Below the pieces are notes generated by a model, which saw only the letters and a program-made list of their open reading frames with translations, searched no databases and had not been told where the DNA came from. From Myxococcota bacterium (GTDB lineage Bacteria > Myxococcota > UBA4151): DNA of 64,000 bases. Below are positions 17,601-26,118 of the stretch, piece after piece. The stretch is taken from positions 15,713 through 79,712 of the forward strand of contig JAYZBQ010000004.1 in the NCBI GenBank assembly GCA_036338695.1, given 5' to 3'. Position 1 is the first letter of the stretch. Each line of letters starts with the position of its first letter. The translations under genes were made by a program, and so were the position numbers.

Positions 17601-18263
17601 ATGGACGCACCGATCGAGAGTATCCCAGACGACGCGCTGACACAGCTGCCCCTGTTTCCCTTACCCAACGTCGTCTTCTTCCCCGGGATGTTGCTGCCCC
17701 TCAACGTGTTTGAGCCGCGCTATCTTGAGCTGATGACGCACTGCCTTGACGGGCATCGCGTCGTCGCCATCCCGCTGCTCAAACCCGGCTATCAAGAGGA
17801 TTACGACGGCCGCCCCCCGATTCATTCGGTCGTCGGCGCCGGGGTGATCAGCGGTCACAGGCGCCTCGATGACGGTCGCATGATGGTGGTCTTGCAAGGG
17901 CTTGAGCGCCTGCGCATCACGGGCGAGCTGCCGCCTGATCAGGCCTTTCGGCTGGCGCGCGCCGAGCGGGTAGTCGAGGTGGGGCGCGACGCAGACCTAA
18001 GCGAGGAGTGGGTCGTCCTGAGCAATCTGTTGAGCCAGCTCGGTCAGGCGCGCCCGCAGGCTGCGTTGGTGCTTGCGCAGATCGAAGAGGTGGCCGATAC
18101 GATCCCCGAGCTGGTCGACTTGCTCGCGGCGTACATCGTCGGTGACGTGGCGCTGCGCCAAGAGCTGCTCTCAGAGCTCAACGTCGAGCAGCGGTTTGCT
18201 CGCTTGACTCAGATCATCGCCGACATCGTCCTCCAGGTCAGCGCTGATGAGGTGCTCCACTAA
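17601..18263 (+). CDS. Stand-alone LON N-terminal (substrate-binding) domain protein
   Basis: LPLFPLPNVVFFPGMLLPLNVFEPRY and RQELL.E.NV..R; no AAA+ or protease domain. Confidence 0.9.
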   Translation: MDAPIESIPDDALTQLPLFPLPNVVFFPGMLLPLNVFEPRYLELMTHCLDGHRVVAIPLLKPGYQEDYDGRPPIHSVVGAGVISGHRRLDDGRMMVVLQGLERLRITGELPPDQAFRLARAERVVEVGRDADLSEEWVVLSNLLSQLGQARPQAALVLAQIEEVADTIPELVDLLAAYIVGDVALRQELLSELNVEQRFARLTQIIADIVLQVSADEVLH

Positions 18264-18451
18264 GCTCCGGAGCACGCCCCTTGGACGATGAGGTAGGGGA
18301 TGAGGATGTACAAGATGGTGTCCCGAACGAGGTAAAACAGGATGAAGCCGACAACGAGTCGCCAGCCATAGCGGTCGAACAGACCGCGCCAGCCGGACTC
18401 CTTGCGGACCCGCTTCATGGTCTTAAACCAATTTGACTTCTCCTCAGTCAT
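18260..18451 (-). CDS. Small hypothetical membrane protein (63 aa)
   Basis: Basic N-terminus then hydrophobic YGWRLVVGFILFYLVRDTILYILIPYL; SD GAGGAG; overlaps the symporter stop codon. Confidence 0.65.
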   Translation of the reverse strand: MTEEKSNWFKTMKRVRKESGWRGLFDRYGWRLVVGFILFYLVRDTILYILIPYLIVQGACSGA

Positions 18452-20270
18452 GGCTGGGCTCCTCGGCGTTGGGTCGCCCTGCCTGATCCCCTCGACGTTG
18501 ACAAGCGGCTGTGGGGCTAGCCTCGATCCGCCTGGCATAGCGGAGCAGCACCACGACATAGGCGACACCCCCTGCCGCCAGCAGGAAAGAGCCCCCTTGC
18601 GCGCCGCTCAGCGCGCGCTGTGCGCCGACGGCGCTGAGCAAGAGGGCGACGAGCGCCGCCAGCGCAAACAACCACCAAGTCGAAGGAACGACCTGTGTGC
18701 GCGCCATAAATCGATCGACCTGCTGGGTATCACTGGGGGTGCGCCCGGCGGTGACAAGGCATGCCACCAAGCCGGTCGCGCCGACGCTCGTCATCTGCCA
18801 GGCAAAGGACAGCGGCTCCCATGGCCCCCATAGCACCAGCGCCGACACCAAGGTGCTTGCGCCAAAGGCGTTGAGCTCGGCTTGCGCGTTGATGCGGGGC
18901 AGAAACCAGCGCAGCAGAGTCGGTGCGCCGAGCCCCGCTCCCAGGACCAGAAGGACCTTCCAGGCTGCTGCGATCGACTCGAGGTGCACCGCCAAGACGG
19001 CGGCGGTCAGCGCCATGACCGGCTGAGCCCAGCGGCTGACACTCAGCCTGCGTGCGTCGGTTGTGCGTGCCGGCAGCAGGTCGTTGGCTAGGTAGCTGGC
19101 GCCCCAGTGAAGGTGTGTGTCTGCGGTCGAGACCAGCGCTGCGACCATGCCCCCGAGCGCCAAGCCGAGCACGCCAGAAGGGAGCCACGACAGCATCGCG
19201 TCGGGATAGCTTTGCTCAAAACCGCTGCCCGGAGGGACGCTCAACAAGAGCCCGACCACCAAGCCGGTCGCTACCCATGCCCATGGGCGGAGCATATAGT
19301 GCGCTGCGGTGAACCAGCCCATGGCGAGGGTTGCGTCGCGCGGGCTCTTGCACGCCAGCATACGCTGAACCAAGATGCCGCCTCCGTCTGCGTTCTTGTT
19401 CGCCCACCAGCTCAGCAGCAGCGCGATGATGACGAGGTCGGCGTGATCGCCGACGAGATCGAGCGAGGTGGGGGTGCTGCGGGTGAGCTCGAGCCAGCTG
19501 GCGTCGAGGGGGTCGAGCGCGGCGAGGACGCTGAGGTCCGGCGTGAGCAACCCGTTGCGCTGTTGCTCGATCAGCTGCGCCACGCCCTCGACGCTGCCGA
19601 CCGACTGATAGGCGATCCAGGCGAGCGCGACGGCGCCGAACATCGCGAGGCTGAATTGCAACAGGTCCGTCCAGACCACACCGCGCAAGCCGGCGACCGT
19701 GCCATAGGCGAGCGCGATGATCAGCGCACAGCCCAGCCCGAGCACCGAGGCGCCATCCAGGCTGCCGAGCGCAAGCTGCGCCAGCGTGTCGTGACCGACC
19801 CATTCGGCGAAAGGGATGAGGCTGCCTAAGACCTTGGCGCCTGCGTGCAGCACCCACCCAAGAACAAAGAGGTTGATGGGCACCATAAAGTACACAGCCC
19901 GCAGACGGCGCAGCGTGCGCGCAGCGACGCCGTCGCCGTAGCGCAGGGTCACTACCTCGGCATCTGTCGTGCATTCGGTCGCTCTCCACCGAGCCGCCAG
20001 ACCAAAGGTGACCAAAAGGTGGGAGCCGAGCAAGCCCCACCAGAACCAGTTGGCGGCGAGGCCCTTTTGGGCGGTCAGCCCGGCGACGACCAGCGGCGTA
20101 TCGACGGCGAAGGTGGTGGCGACCATAGAGGTCCCCGCAGCCCACCACGGCAGGCTGCGTCCTGCGAGCAAGAAGTCGTCGGTGTCGGCGTCTTGGCGCG
20201 CACCCGCCAGCCCGAGCCCGAGGGTGCCGAGTACGACGAGACATAAAAGGGTAAGATCAAGCGCAGTCAC
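18444..20270 (-). CDS. Sodium:solute symporter (SSS) family protein
   Basis: DFLLAGRSLPWWAAGTSMVATTFAVDTP, GLRGVVWTDLLQF, VQRMLACKS, STADTHLHWGASY; many TM helices. Confidence 0.9.
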   Translation of the reverse strand: MTALDLTLLCLVVLGTLGLGLAGARQDADTDDFLLAGRSLPWWAAGTSMVATTFAVDTPLVVAGLTAQKGLAANWFWWGLLGSHLLVTFGLAARWRATECTTDAEVVTLRYGDGVAARTLRRLRAVYFMVPINLFVLGWVLHAGAKVLGSLIPFAEWVGHDTLAQLALGSLDGASVLGLGCALIIALAYGTVAGLRGVVWTDLLQFSLAMFGAVALAWIAYQSVGSVEGVAQLIEQQRNGLLTPDLSVLAALDPLDASWLELTRSTPTSLDLVGDHADLVIIALLLSWWANKNADGGGILVQRMLACKSPRDATLAMGWFTAAHYMLRPWAWVATGLVVGLLLSVPPGSGFEQSYPDAMLSWLPSGVLGLALGGMVAALVSTADTHLHWGASYLANDLLPARTTDARRLSVSRWAQPVMALTAAVLAVHLESIAAAWKVLLVLGAGLGAPTLLRWFLPRINAQAELNAFGASTLVSALVLWGPWEPLSFAWQMTSVGATGLVACLVTAGRTPSDTQQVDRFMARTQVVPSTWWLFALAALVALLLSAVGAQRALSGAQGGSFLLAAGGVAYVVVLLRYARRIEASPTAACQRRGDQAGRPNAEEPSHD

Positions 20271-20284
20271 CGCTACGGGGTGAC

Positions 20285-20323
20285 AAAAAAGAGAACGGAC
20301 GACCAGAGGGGTCGTCCGCGCTC
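20285..20323 (-). terminator. Rho-independent terminator after the phasin-like gene
   Basis: Perfect 9-bp stem CGGACGACC/GGTCGTCCG (20296-20318) followed on the minus strand by a U6 tract (20290-20285). Confidence 0.8.
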
Positions 20324-20349
20324 ACGCCAAGTCGTCTTTGACGTATGAC

Positions 20350-20865
20350 TTATGCTTGCTCGATCAGGGCGATCAGGTCCGCCTTGCGGATGCGGTTCGG
20401 GACCGCGATCGCGCGCTCGGCTGCCAGGGCGCGTAAGGCCTTGACGGTCAGCGCTTCAAGTCCAGGCTCGGCTTCGACCTCATCCGCCACGACGGGTGCA
20501 GGCGCCGGAGCAGCTACTGGCTCATCGTTCGCCGGCGTCGACGTGACCTTGTTGCGGAGCTCAGCGACTCGGTTGGTCAGGTCGGTGACGCGTGCGCTCA
20601 GGTCACCGAGCAGACCCTCGATGTCCGACTCGAGCGCGTCGAGGCGACTCTTGACCCCGTCGAGATCGACGGCGTTCTTGAGGTTGAGCCGGTCGATGAC
20701 GACTTTGACGTTGCCTTCGACCTCATCTTTGACGGCCAAGCCGCTTTTGACGACGGTCTCGAGCTTGCCTTGCAGCGCTTTGTTCTTGGACAGCGCTTCG
20801 GCTGCTTGGCTGACGGTTTGTTCGCCCAGTTTGGTGAGGCGATTGATGACGGCTTGTGGTGCCAT
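20350..20865 (-). CDS. Phasin (PhaF/PhaI)-like coiled-coil protein with a C-terminal Rho-N/HeH-type domain
   Basis: N-terminal amphipathic region RLNL....DLDGVKSRLDALE, Ala/Pro linker, C-terminal LEALTVKALRALA..RAI....RIRKADLIALI; SD GGAGG. Confidence 0.55.
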   Translation of the reverse strand: MAPQAVINRLTKLGEQTVSQAAEALSKNKALQGKLETVVKSGLAVKDEVEGNVKVVIDRLNLKNAVDLDGVKSRLDALESDIEGLLGDLSARVTDLTNRVAELRNKVTSTPANDEPVAAPAPAPVVADEVEAEPGLEALTVKALRALAAERAIAVPNRIRKADLIALIEQA

Positions 20866-20910
20866 GGTGTGATCCTCCGGTGAGCTACGGGATGTCGTGC
20901 TCTCACCGGG

Positions 20911-20960
20911 TAGATAGCTTTTTGACGCGCCGTGTCAAAAGGTTTTGACGCAGTGCGTCA
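20911..20960 (-). promoter_or_regulatory. Sigma70-like promoter overlapped by two TGAC-N7-GTCA palindromic operators
   Basis: Minus-strand TTGACA (20938-20933)-N16-TATCTA; palindromes TGACGCGCCGTGTCA (20923-20937) and TGACGCAGTGCGTCA (20946-20960). Confidence 0.65.
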
Positions 20961-20976
20961 TCCGGCAACTGTCCGA

Positions 20977-22101
20977 TCAGCGCGCCGTCTTGAGCGGTGG
21001 CGGCGGCTTGATGCCCTGAGCCTGCAGTTCGACGTTAATCAGGGCTTGGAGCGCGTCGGCGTTGACGAGGTTGTAGAGCGGCTGACCGTTGATGAAGAGG
21101 GCAGGCGTCCCCTCGACGAGGCCTCGCTCGGCGGCCGCTATGTCCTTGTCGATCACCTGTTTCTTCTTGGGGTCGTCGAGGCAGCGTTCGAAGGCCTTCA
21201 GGTCGCCGACGCCGACGGCCTTGGCGTGCCCTTTGAGCCCTTCGCGCTCGAAGTTCGTGCGCTGCGCAAAGATCCGGTCATGGAAGCCCCAGAACTTCCC
21301 TTGGTCGTGGGCACAGACGCTCGCTACGGCGATCTCGGCGGCGAATTTGTGGAAGTCGAGCGGGAAGTGTCGGTACACCCAGCGGACCCGTTCTCCATAG
21401 TGCTCCGCAAGTGCCTCGTTGATCTGAGCTTGGCGACCGCAGTAGGGGCACTCGAAATCCGAGAAGATGACGACCGAGACCTTGGCGTCCTTACCGCCAA
21501 GGCTTGGCGCGCTCGCTCGGTCGACGTCCATGCGCGGCAGCTTTGGCGGCGCCAGCGTCGGCGTAAACGGGAAGCGCTCGAGCAGGCGGTCCCGGATCTC
21601 CTGCGCCTGGTTGGCTTTGAACTCCTGGGCAAGCTGCTGCGAGATGACATCCTGAACCTGCTCGAGCGTCTGCCCTTTGAAGTGCTGTTGGTTGCCCATA
21701 AACACCGCCTGGACGATCTCGGGCGTCACGGGATTGAGCGGGACCTCTTGCTCCATCTTCTTTCGGAACGCGTCGACGCTGACCCCGGCCGCCTTCGCCC
21801 CGACCTCAAGCGCGCGGTTGCCGGCGGCTTCGAGAGCTAGGTTGCGCAGGATGCTCCAGCGGTCGAGCGCCGCTTTTGCGTCGTGTCGCACGAGGGCGGC
21901 GCGCTGGCTCTCGGTGAGGTCTTTGAGCGTGACGGGTTGACCGCCGAGCGTTCCGAGCGCCGCCGTCGCAGGCGCTGAGGGCGCCGTCGCCTGCTGCGCA
22001 GCTTTAACCGCTTGGGTCGCTGGTTTGGCATCAGCGGTGGTGGTCGCCGGGGTGCAGCCGAGGCTGACGGCGAGAAGAACGAAGGGGGTTCGGGCGCTCA
22101 T
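20977..22101 (-). CDS. DsbA/Com1-like thioredoxin-fold lipoprotein with an N-terminal helical domain
   Basis: FSDFECPYC, YRHFPL, GKFW.FHD, GTPALFING; lipobox SLGC; ATG 22101 overlaps the add stop codon. Confidence 0.88.
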   Translation of the reverse strand: MSARTPFVLLAVSLGCTPATTTADAKPATQAVKAAQQATAPSAPATAALGTLGGQPVTLKDLTESQRAALVRHDAKAALDRWSILRNLALEAAGNRALEVGAKAAGVSVDAFRKKMEQEVPLNPVTPEIVQAVFMGNQQHFKGQTLEQVQDVISQQLAQEFKANQAQEIRDRLLERFPFTPTLAPPKLPRMDVDRASAPSLGGKDAKVSVVIFSDFECPYCGRQAQINEALAEHYGERVRWVYRHFPLDFHKFAAEIAVASVCAHDQGKFWGFHDRIFAQRTNFEREGLKGHAKAVGVGDLKAFERCLDDPKKKQVIDKDIAAAERGLVEGTPALFINGQPLYNLVNADALQALINVELQAQGIKPPPPLKTAR

Positions 22102-23189
22102 GAGGGCCTCCGAGTTTGAAATTGTTCGTCGATCTGCGCCACCGGCGCGCCGCCCATGGCGTCGAGCGTATCGGTGACCTCGCGCAGCAGCGCCTTCTTC
22201 TGACGGTACGGGAGGAAGGCAGACTTGAAACCCTGCACGGTGATGCGCTTGAGGGCGGTAAAATCGAAGTGAAAGGTGTTCGCCGCGAGCAGGTACTCGT
22301 CGGTCACCGTGGTGTCGGTGATCAGGCGGTTGTCGGTGCTGATCGCGAGCCGCAGGCCCGCGTCGTAATAGAGCCTGAGCGGGTGTTGCTCGATGTCGCT
22401 GACGGCGCGCGTCTGCAGGTTGGACTTCAGGCAGATCTCGATCGGGATCCGGCGGTCGTTCACGTAGTTCAGCAGGCTCCCGTCTTCGACCAAGCGGACC
22501 CCGTGACCGATCCGGTGTGCGCCGCAGTAGTGGATCGCTTCGTGCACGCTCTCGGCACCCGCCGCTTCCCCTGCGTGCAAGGTGCACGCGATGTTGTTGT
22601 TGCGGATCAGATAGAAGGCTTCGACGTGGTCCTTCGCTGGGTGGTCGTACTCGGCTCCAGCGAGGTCAAAACCGACGACCCCGCGGTCCTTGAAGCTGAC
22701 GGCGAGGCGCGCAAGACGCAGCGAGGTGGGTGGGTCAATGTTGCGTAAGCCACAAATGATCAGACCGGAGTCCACCCCAAAGTCTCGCCGGCCGCGCTCC
22801 ATGCCGGCGAGCACCGCCTCCACCACCTGAGTATCTCGAAGCCCTTTGTTGAGGTGGAGCACAGGGCAGTAGCGAATCTCGATGTATCGGACCCCGTCGG
22901 CGTGCGCATCGGCGATGAGTTCGTAGGCGACGCGCTCGAGCGCCCAGTCCTCTTGGAGCACGCTGAGGGTGACGTCGAAGGCTTTGAGGTAGTCGACGAG
23001 GTCCTCGCAGAGCTCGCCCATATGGATCGCCCGAGCCAGGCCGTCTTCGTCATGCGCTGGCAGCGGGACGCCTTGCTCGCGTGCCAGGTCGATGATGGTA
23101 CTCAGCCGTAGGCTGCCGTCGAGGTGGCAGTGCAGATCGGTTTTCGGCATCGCTCGAACGAGGTCTGCGGTTATCTCGGGGTTGTTCAT
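22098..23189 (-). CDS. add: Adenosine deaminase
   Basis: PKTDLHCHLDGS, GVVGFDLAG.E, TLHAGE, RIGHG, STDNRL. Confidence 0.93.
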   Translation of the reverse strand: MNNPEITADLVRAMPKTDLHCHLDGSLRLSTIIDLAREQGVPLPAHDEDGLARAIHMGELCEDLVDYLKAFDVTLSVLQEDWALERVAYELIADAHADGVRYIEIRYCPVLHLNKGLRDTQVVEAVLAGMERGRRDFGVDSGLIICGLRNIDPPTSLRLARLAVSFKDRGVVGFDLAGAEYDHPAKDHVEAFYLIRNNNIACTLHAGEAAGAESVHEAIHYCGAHRIGHGVRLVEDGSLLNYVNDRRIPIEICLKSNLQTRAVSDIEQHPLRLYYDAGLRLAISTDNRLITDTTVTDEYLLAANTFHFDFTALKRITVQGFKSAFLPYRQKKALLREVTDTLDAMGGAPVAQIDEQFQTRRPS

Positions 23190-24502
23190 GGTTTCTCCGG
23201 GGGCTTGTCTTTGAACTCGCGCGTGGGCTCGTCAAGGAAGAGCGTCTCGGCATCCGCCAGATCACCGAACCACGAGGGCGCTAAATGGCTCTCACGAAAG
23301 CTCGAGGGCCGCAGGTCAAAGGGGAGTGCTTTCGCGACAGCGGGTAGGAGCAGCGAGCCGCCGGGCATGGCGAAGAGCGCGAGGGCTGGAATGGTCCGCC
23401 CCAGATCGCGGAAGGTGGCTCTGAGGGTGCCCCACTCTTCATCGTTGAGGGATTCTCCCATCGCTGACTTGCGGATCAGGTTCAGGCTGTCCGAGGTCTC
23501 CTTGAGCTCATTGACGATGCGCTCTGAGTTGATGCGGAGTTGGGCGGCGAGCTCGGAGCGGTCGAGTACCTGTCGGCGCTTACTGACCCAAAGCCGCTCG
23601 ATGAAATCGTCTTGCATGAAGAGCCGCTGAGCGATGTCGGCGCCGAGCTGGTCGAGCACCTCTTCGCTGACGCCGCCAGCCTTAGCGAGGGCGGACAGCG
23701 TGCGCAGCTCGGCTTCGGACTGATAGCCGTCGATCGCGGCGGCGACTAAACCGGAGCGAAGCAGCTCAAGCGCCGGTAGACCGCCGGGTAACTCGATCAT
23801 CTCTCGCGCCGATGGGCTGCGTCTCAACCACGCCTCGATGCGCTCGTGACCCGATCGGTCGAGCCGCAAATTCTGGAGCTGCCCGCGGATCGTACGCTCG
23901 ACCTCGTCCGGGAGTTCGGCGTCGCCAGCGTTCATCATGATGAGCACGCCGGCGAGCTGGAGGCGGCGCTGGCGCGCTTGGTGCGCCAGGCTCGCTTGGG
24001 TCGCATCGTCAAGCTGGCCGAGCGCGCAGCTCATGATCCAGGTCATCGCGTTGTGCGCCTCGACGCTCGCCAGCCCGGCGAGCAACGGAAGACCGGAGAT
24101 CGGCAAGCCTTGCGTCAGCCCAAGCGTCTCCAGCGCATCGCCCATACGCTCTACCTGCGCCGAGGACTCGGTCAGCGACGCGATGAGCTCGCAATGTCGC
24201 TGCTTGAGGTGGTCCTCATCGACGAGGTGCCCGTTCTCGAGGCGGAGCGCTTGGTCGAGCACCTCGAGCGTCCAGCGCGTAAAGGCGAAGAGGATCACGC
24301 GCGTGCCGTCTCGCTGGGCGTCGAGCCGCTGGATCAGCTGGGCGGGGAGGTGGGGGAGTCCCAGGTCAAACCCGCTCTGCTCAAGCTGGCGCGTCGCAAA
24401 ATCGTTGAGCGACGGGCGGGGCGCTTCGGAGAACAGGCGTTGGCGCCGCGCCATGTGGCGTGAAACCAACCGCTGATACCATGAGATCACCTGACTCGCC
24501 AT
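23186..24502 (-). CDS. Hypothetical protein with a TerB-like region and a C-terminal LETM1-like motif
   Basis: AAAIDG..SEAE...L..LA...G (TerB-like); DLGRTIPALALFAMPGGSLLLP..AKALP..LRPSSF (LETM1-like). Start uncertain (24502 or 24454). Confidence 0.65.
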   Translation of the reverse strand: MASQVISWYQRLVSRHMARRQRLFSEAPRPSLNDFATRQLEQSGFDLGLPHLPAQLIQRLDAQRDGTRVILFAFTRWTLEVLDQALRLENGHLVDEDHLKQRHCELIASLTESSAQVERMGDALETLGLTQGLPISGLPLLAGLASVEAHNAMTWIMSCALGQLDDATQASLAHQARQRRLQLAGVLIMMNAGDAELPDEVERTIRGQLQNLRLDRSGHERIEAWLRRSPSAREMIELPGGLPALELLRSGLVAAAIDGYQSEAELRTLSALAKAGGVSEEVLDQLGADIAQRLFMQDDFIERLWVSKRRQVLDRSELAAQLRINSERIVNELKETSDSLNLIRKSAMGESLNDEEWGTLRATFRDLGRTIPALALFAMPGGSLLLPAVAKALPFDLRPSSFRESHLAPSWFGDLADAETLFLDEPTREFKDKPPEKP

Positions 24503-24666
24503 GGCGATGAGTGTGCCATGGAGGGCGCGACCTGTCTCGCAAAAGCGGCGCTCGTTGCTCAAAAATTTCGGTCATTTTTTTGACCGGCTCAACGCGTGCC
24601 CTCAAATGGAGGTGCTTGGAGGTGCAAACACACCCACGCACCTCAAGCCACCGAAGGGACCTCGTC

Positions 24667-25776
24667 ATGCGCACACTCGCCGTCACCACCGCCTCATTGC
24701 TTGGGATTCTTTGGGTTGCGCTCGGCGTTCAGGACGTCGACGTCCTCTGGGGGCTCTCGAAGGCGGCGACCGCGCCGAAGAAGGTCGAAGTGGCGAAAGA
24801 GCAGAAGCCGAAGGTAAGCCTCGATGCGCTCGATCCCAAGCTCGAGAAGCAGCTCGAGCAGATGCTGAGCAACTACGGTGTCGAGTATGGCGCTGTGACG
24901 ATCATCGACGTGCCGTCGGGTGGCGTCCTCGCCGCCGCAGGGTCGTCTCGGCGCGAGCCTGAGCAAGGTCGGGCGCTGGCGTTTGCGCCACGCTACCCGA
25001 GCGCCTCGGTGTTCAAGGTCGTCGCAGGCGCAGGCTTGCTTGAGCAGCCCAGCTTTGACTCCGGTGCATGCGTCGCCTACCGCGGCGGGCGACGCCGAGT
25101 GAACGCCAAGCTGCTGATCCCGCGGCGCGGCGAGGGGCGCTGCGCAAATCTCGAGGGGATGTTGGCGCGCTCGGTCAACGTGGCGATCGCACGCTCAGTC
25201 AAGAGCCACGTGAGCCGGGACGACCTGGTCGATGTATCTCGCCGCATGGGCTTCGGCGCCGTGTTCCCCGGAGCGGACGCATTCGGTGTCTCGACCGCTG
25301 ATCTGCCCCTGGACGACGACGCCCGTGCGATCTCGGCTGCTGGCTTCGGTAACCACCGAATCAGCCCGTATCACGCCGCCTCGATGATGGCGATGATCGC
25401 ACGCGGTGGTCGCTGGGGTGCTCAGCGCCCGGCCGGCGTTCCGGACCAAGCCTTGTCGCCGAAGCTGGCGCGTAAGCTGGGACAGATGATGATCGCGACC
25501 ACCAAGAAGGGCACGGCCCGCAAGACCCTTGGGCGCATCCGCGGTGTGGACATCGCCGGCAAAACCGGCAGCCTGATCGTCGACGGCTTGGACTACAGCT
25601 GGTTCGCTGGCTACGCGCCAGCCGACGACCCGCGCATCGCCTTCGCCGCTGTCGTGGTCAACGACCCGCAGAAGCTCTGGCACATCCGCGGGACCCACCT
25701 GGCGAAAGCAGCTGCTAAAGGCGCCCTGTTCGGCGACACCCCACCGCGTGCTCAGTCGCTCGTGGCGATGCGCTAG
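24667..25776 (+). CDS. Penicillin-binding protein, transpeptidase domain only
   Basis: N-terminal anchor; SxxK (SVFK), SxN (SVN) and KTG (GKTGS) motifs; SWFAGYAP. Confidence 0.85.
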   Translation: MRTLAVTTASLLGILWVALGVQDVDVLWGLSKAATAPKKVEVAKEQKPKVSLDALDPKLEKQLEQMLSNYGVEYGAVTIIDVPSGGVLAAAGSSRREPEQGRALAFAPRYPSASVFKVVAGAGLLEQPSFDSGACVAYRGGRRRVNAKLLIPRRGEGRCANLEGMLARSVNVAIARSVKSHVSRDDLVDVSRRMGFGAVFPGADAFGVSTADLPLDDDARAISAAGFGNHRISPYHAASMMAMIARGGRWGAQRPAGVPDQALSPKLARKLGQMMIATTKKGTARKTLGRIRGVDIAGKTGSLIVDGLDYSWFAGYAPADDPRIAFAAVVVNDPQKLWHIRGTHLAKAAAKGALFGDTPPRAQSLVAMR

Positions 25777-25845
25777 GCCTGATCGTTTCGGTTGACGCTG
25801 GCGCTCGGGCCCTTTAGACGCCGGGCGCATGTTTTCGGAGTTGTT

Positions 25846-26106
25846 ATGGCACGCGTTACTGTTGAGGATTGTCTGGATAGGGTCCCGAACCGATTTGCGC
25901 TGGTGCACTTAGCCGCCCGTCGGGCTCGCGACCTGATCAAAGGGGACACCCCGACGGTCGAGCACGCCAAGAACAAAGAGACGGTCCTGGCGCTGCGCGA
26001 AGTCGCCGCCGAGCACGTCCGCTTCGTCGGCGACATCAGGGAGTCCCTCCTGCGCCCGGTCGACGACCTGCGCGCAGACCACGAGGCGCGCACGGGCGAC
26101 TTCTAA
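25846..26106 (+). CDS. rpoZ: RNA polymerase omega subunit
   Basis: [42 protein letters not shown]. Confidence 0.95.
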   Translation: MARVTVEDCLDRVPNRFALVHLAARRARDLIKGDTPTVEHAKNKETVLALREVAAEHVRFVGDIRESLLRPVDDLRADHEARTGDF

Positions 26107-26118
26107 ACCGGCTCGTTC

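Noticed and set aside
22102..22587. N-terminal extension of the DsbA ORF (536 aa in the ORF track), suggesting a fusion
   Set aside because: It overlaps add in another frame; the real start is ATG 22101, with a signal peptide and lipobox.
24504..24518. Sigma54-like TGGCAC-N5-TCGC on the minus strand
   Set aside because: Imperfect -12 element and only 2 nt from the preferred start codon; viable only if the true start is ATG 24454, which cannot be determined here.
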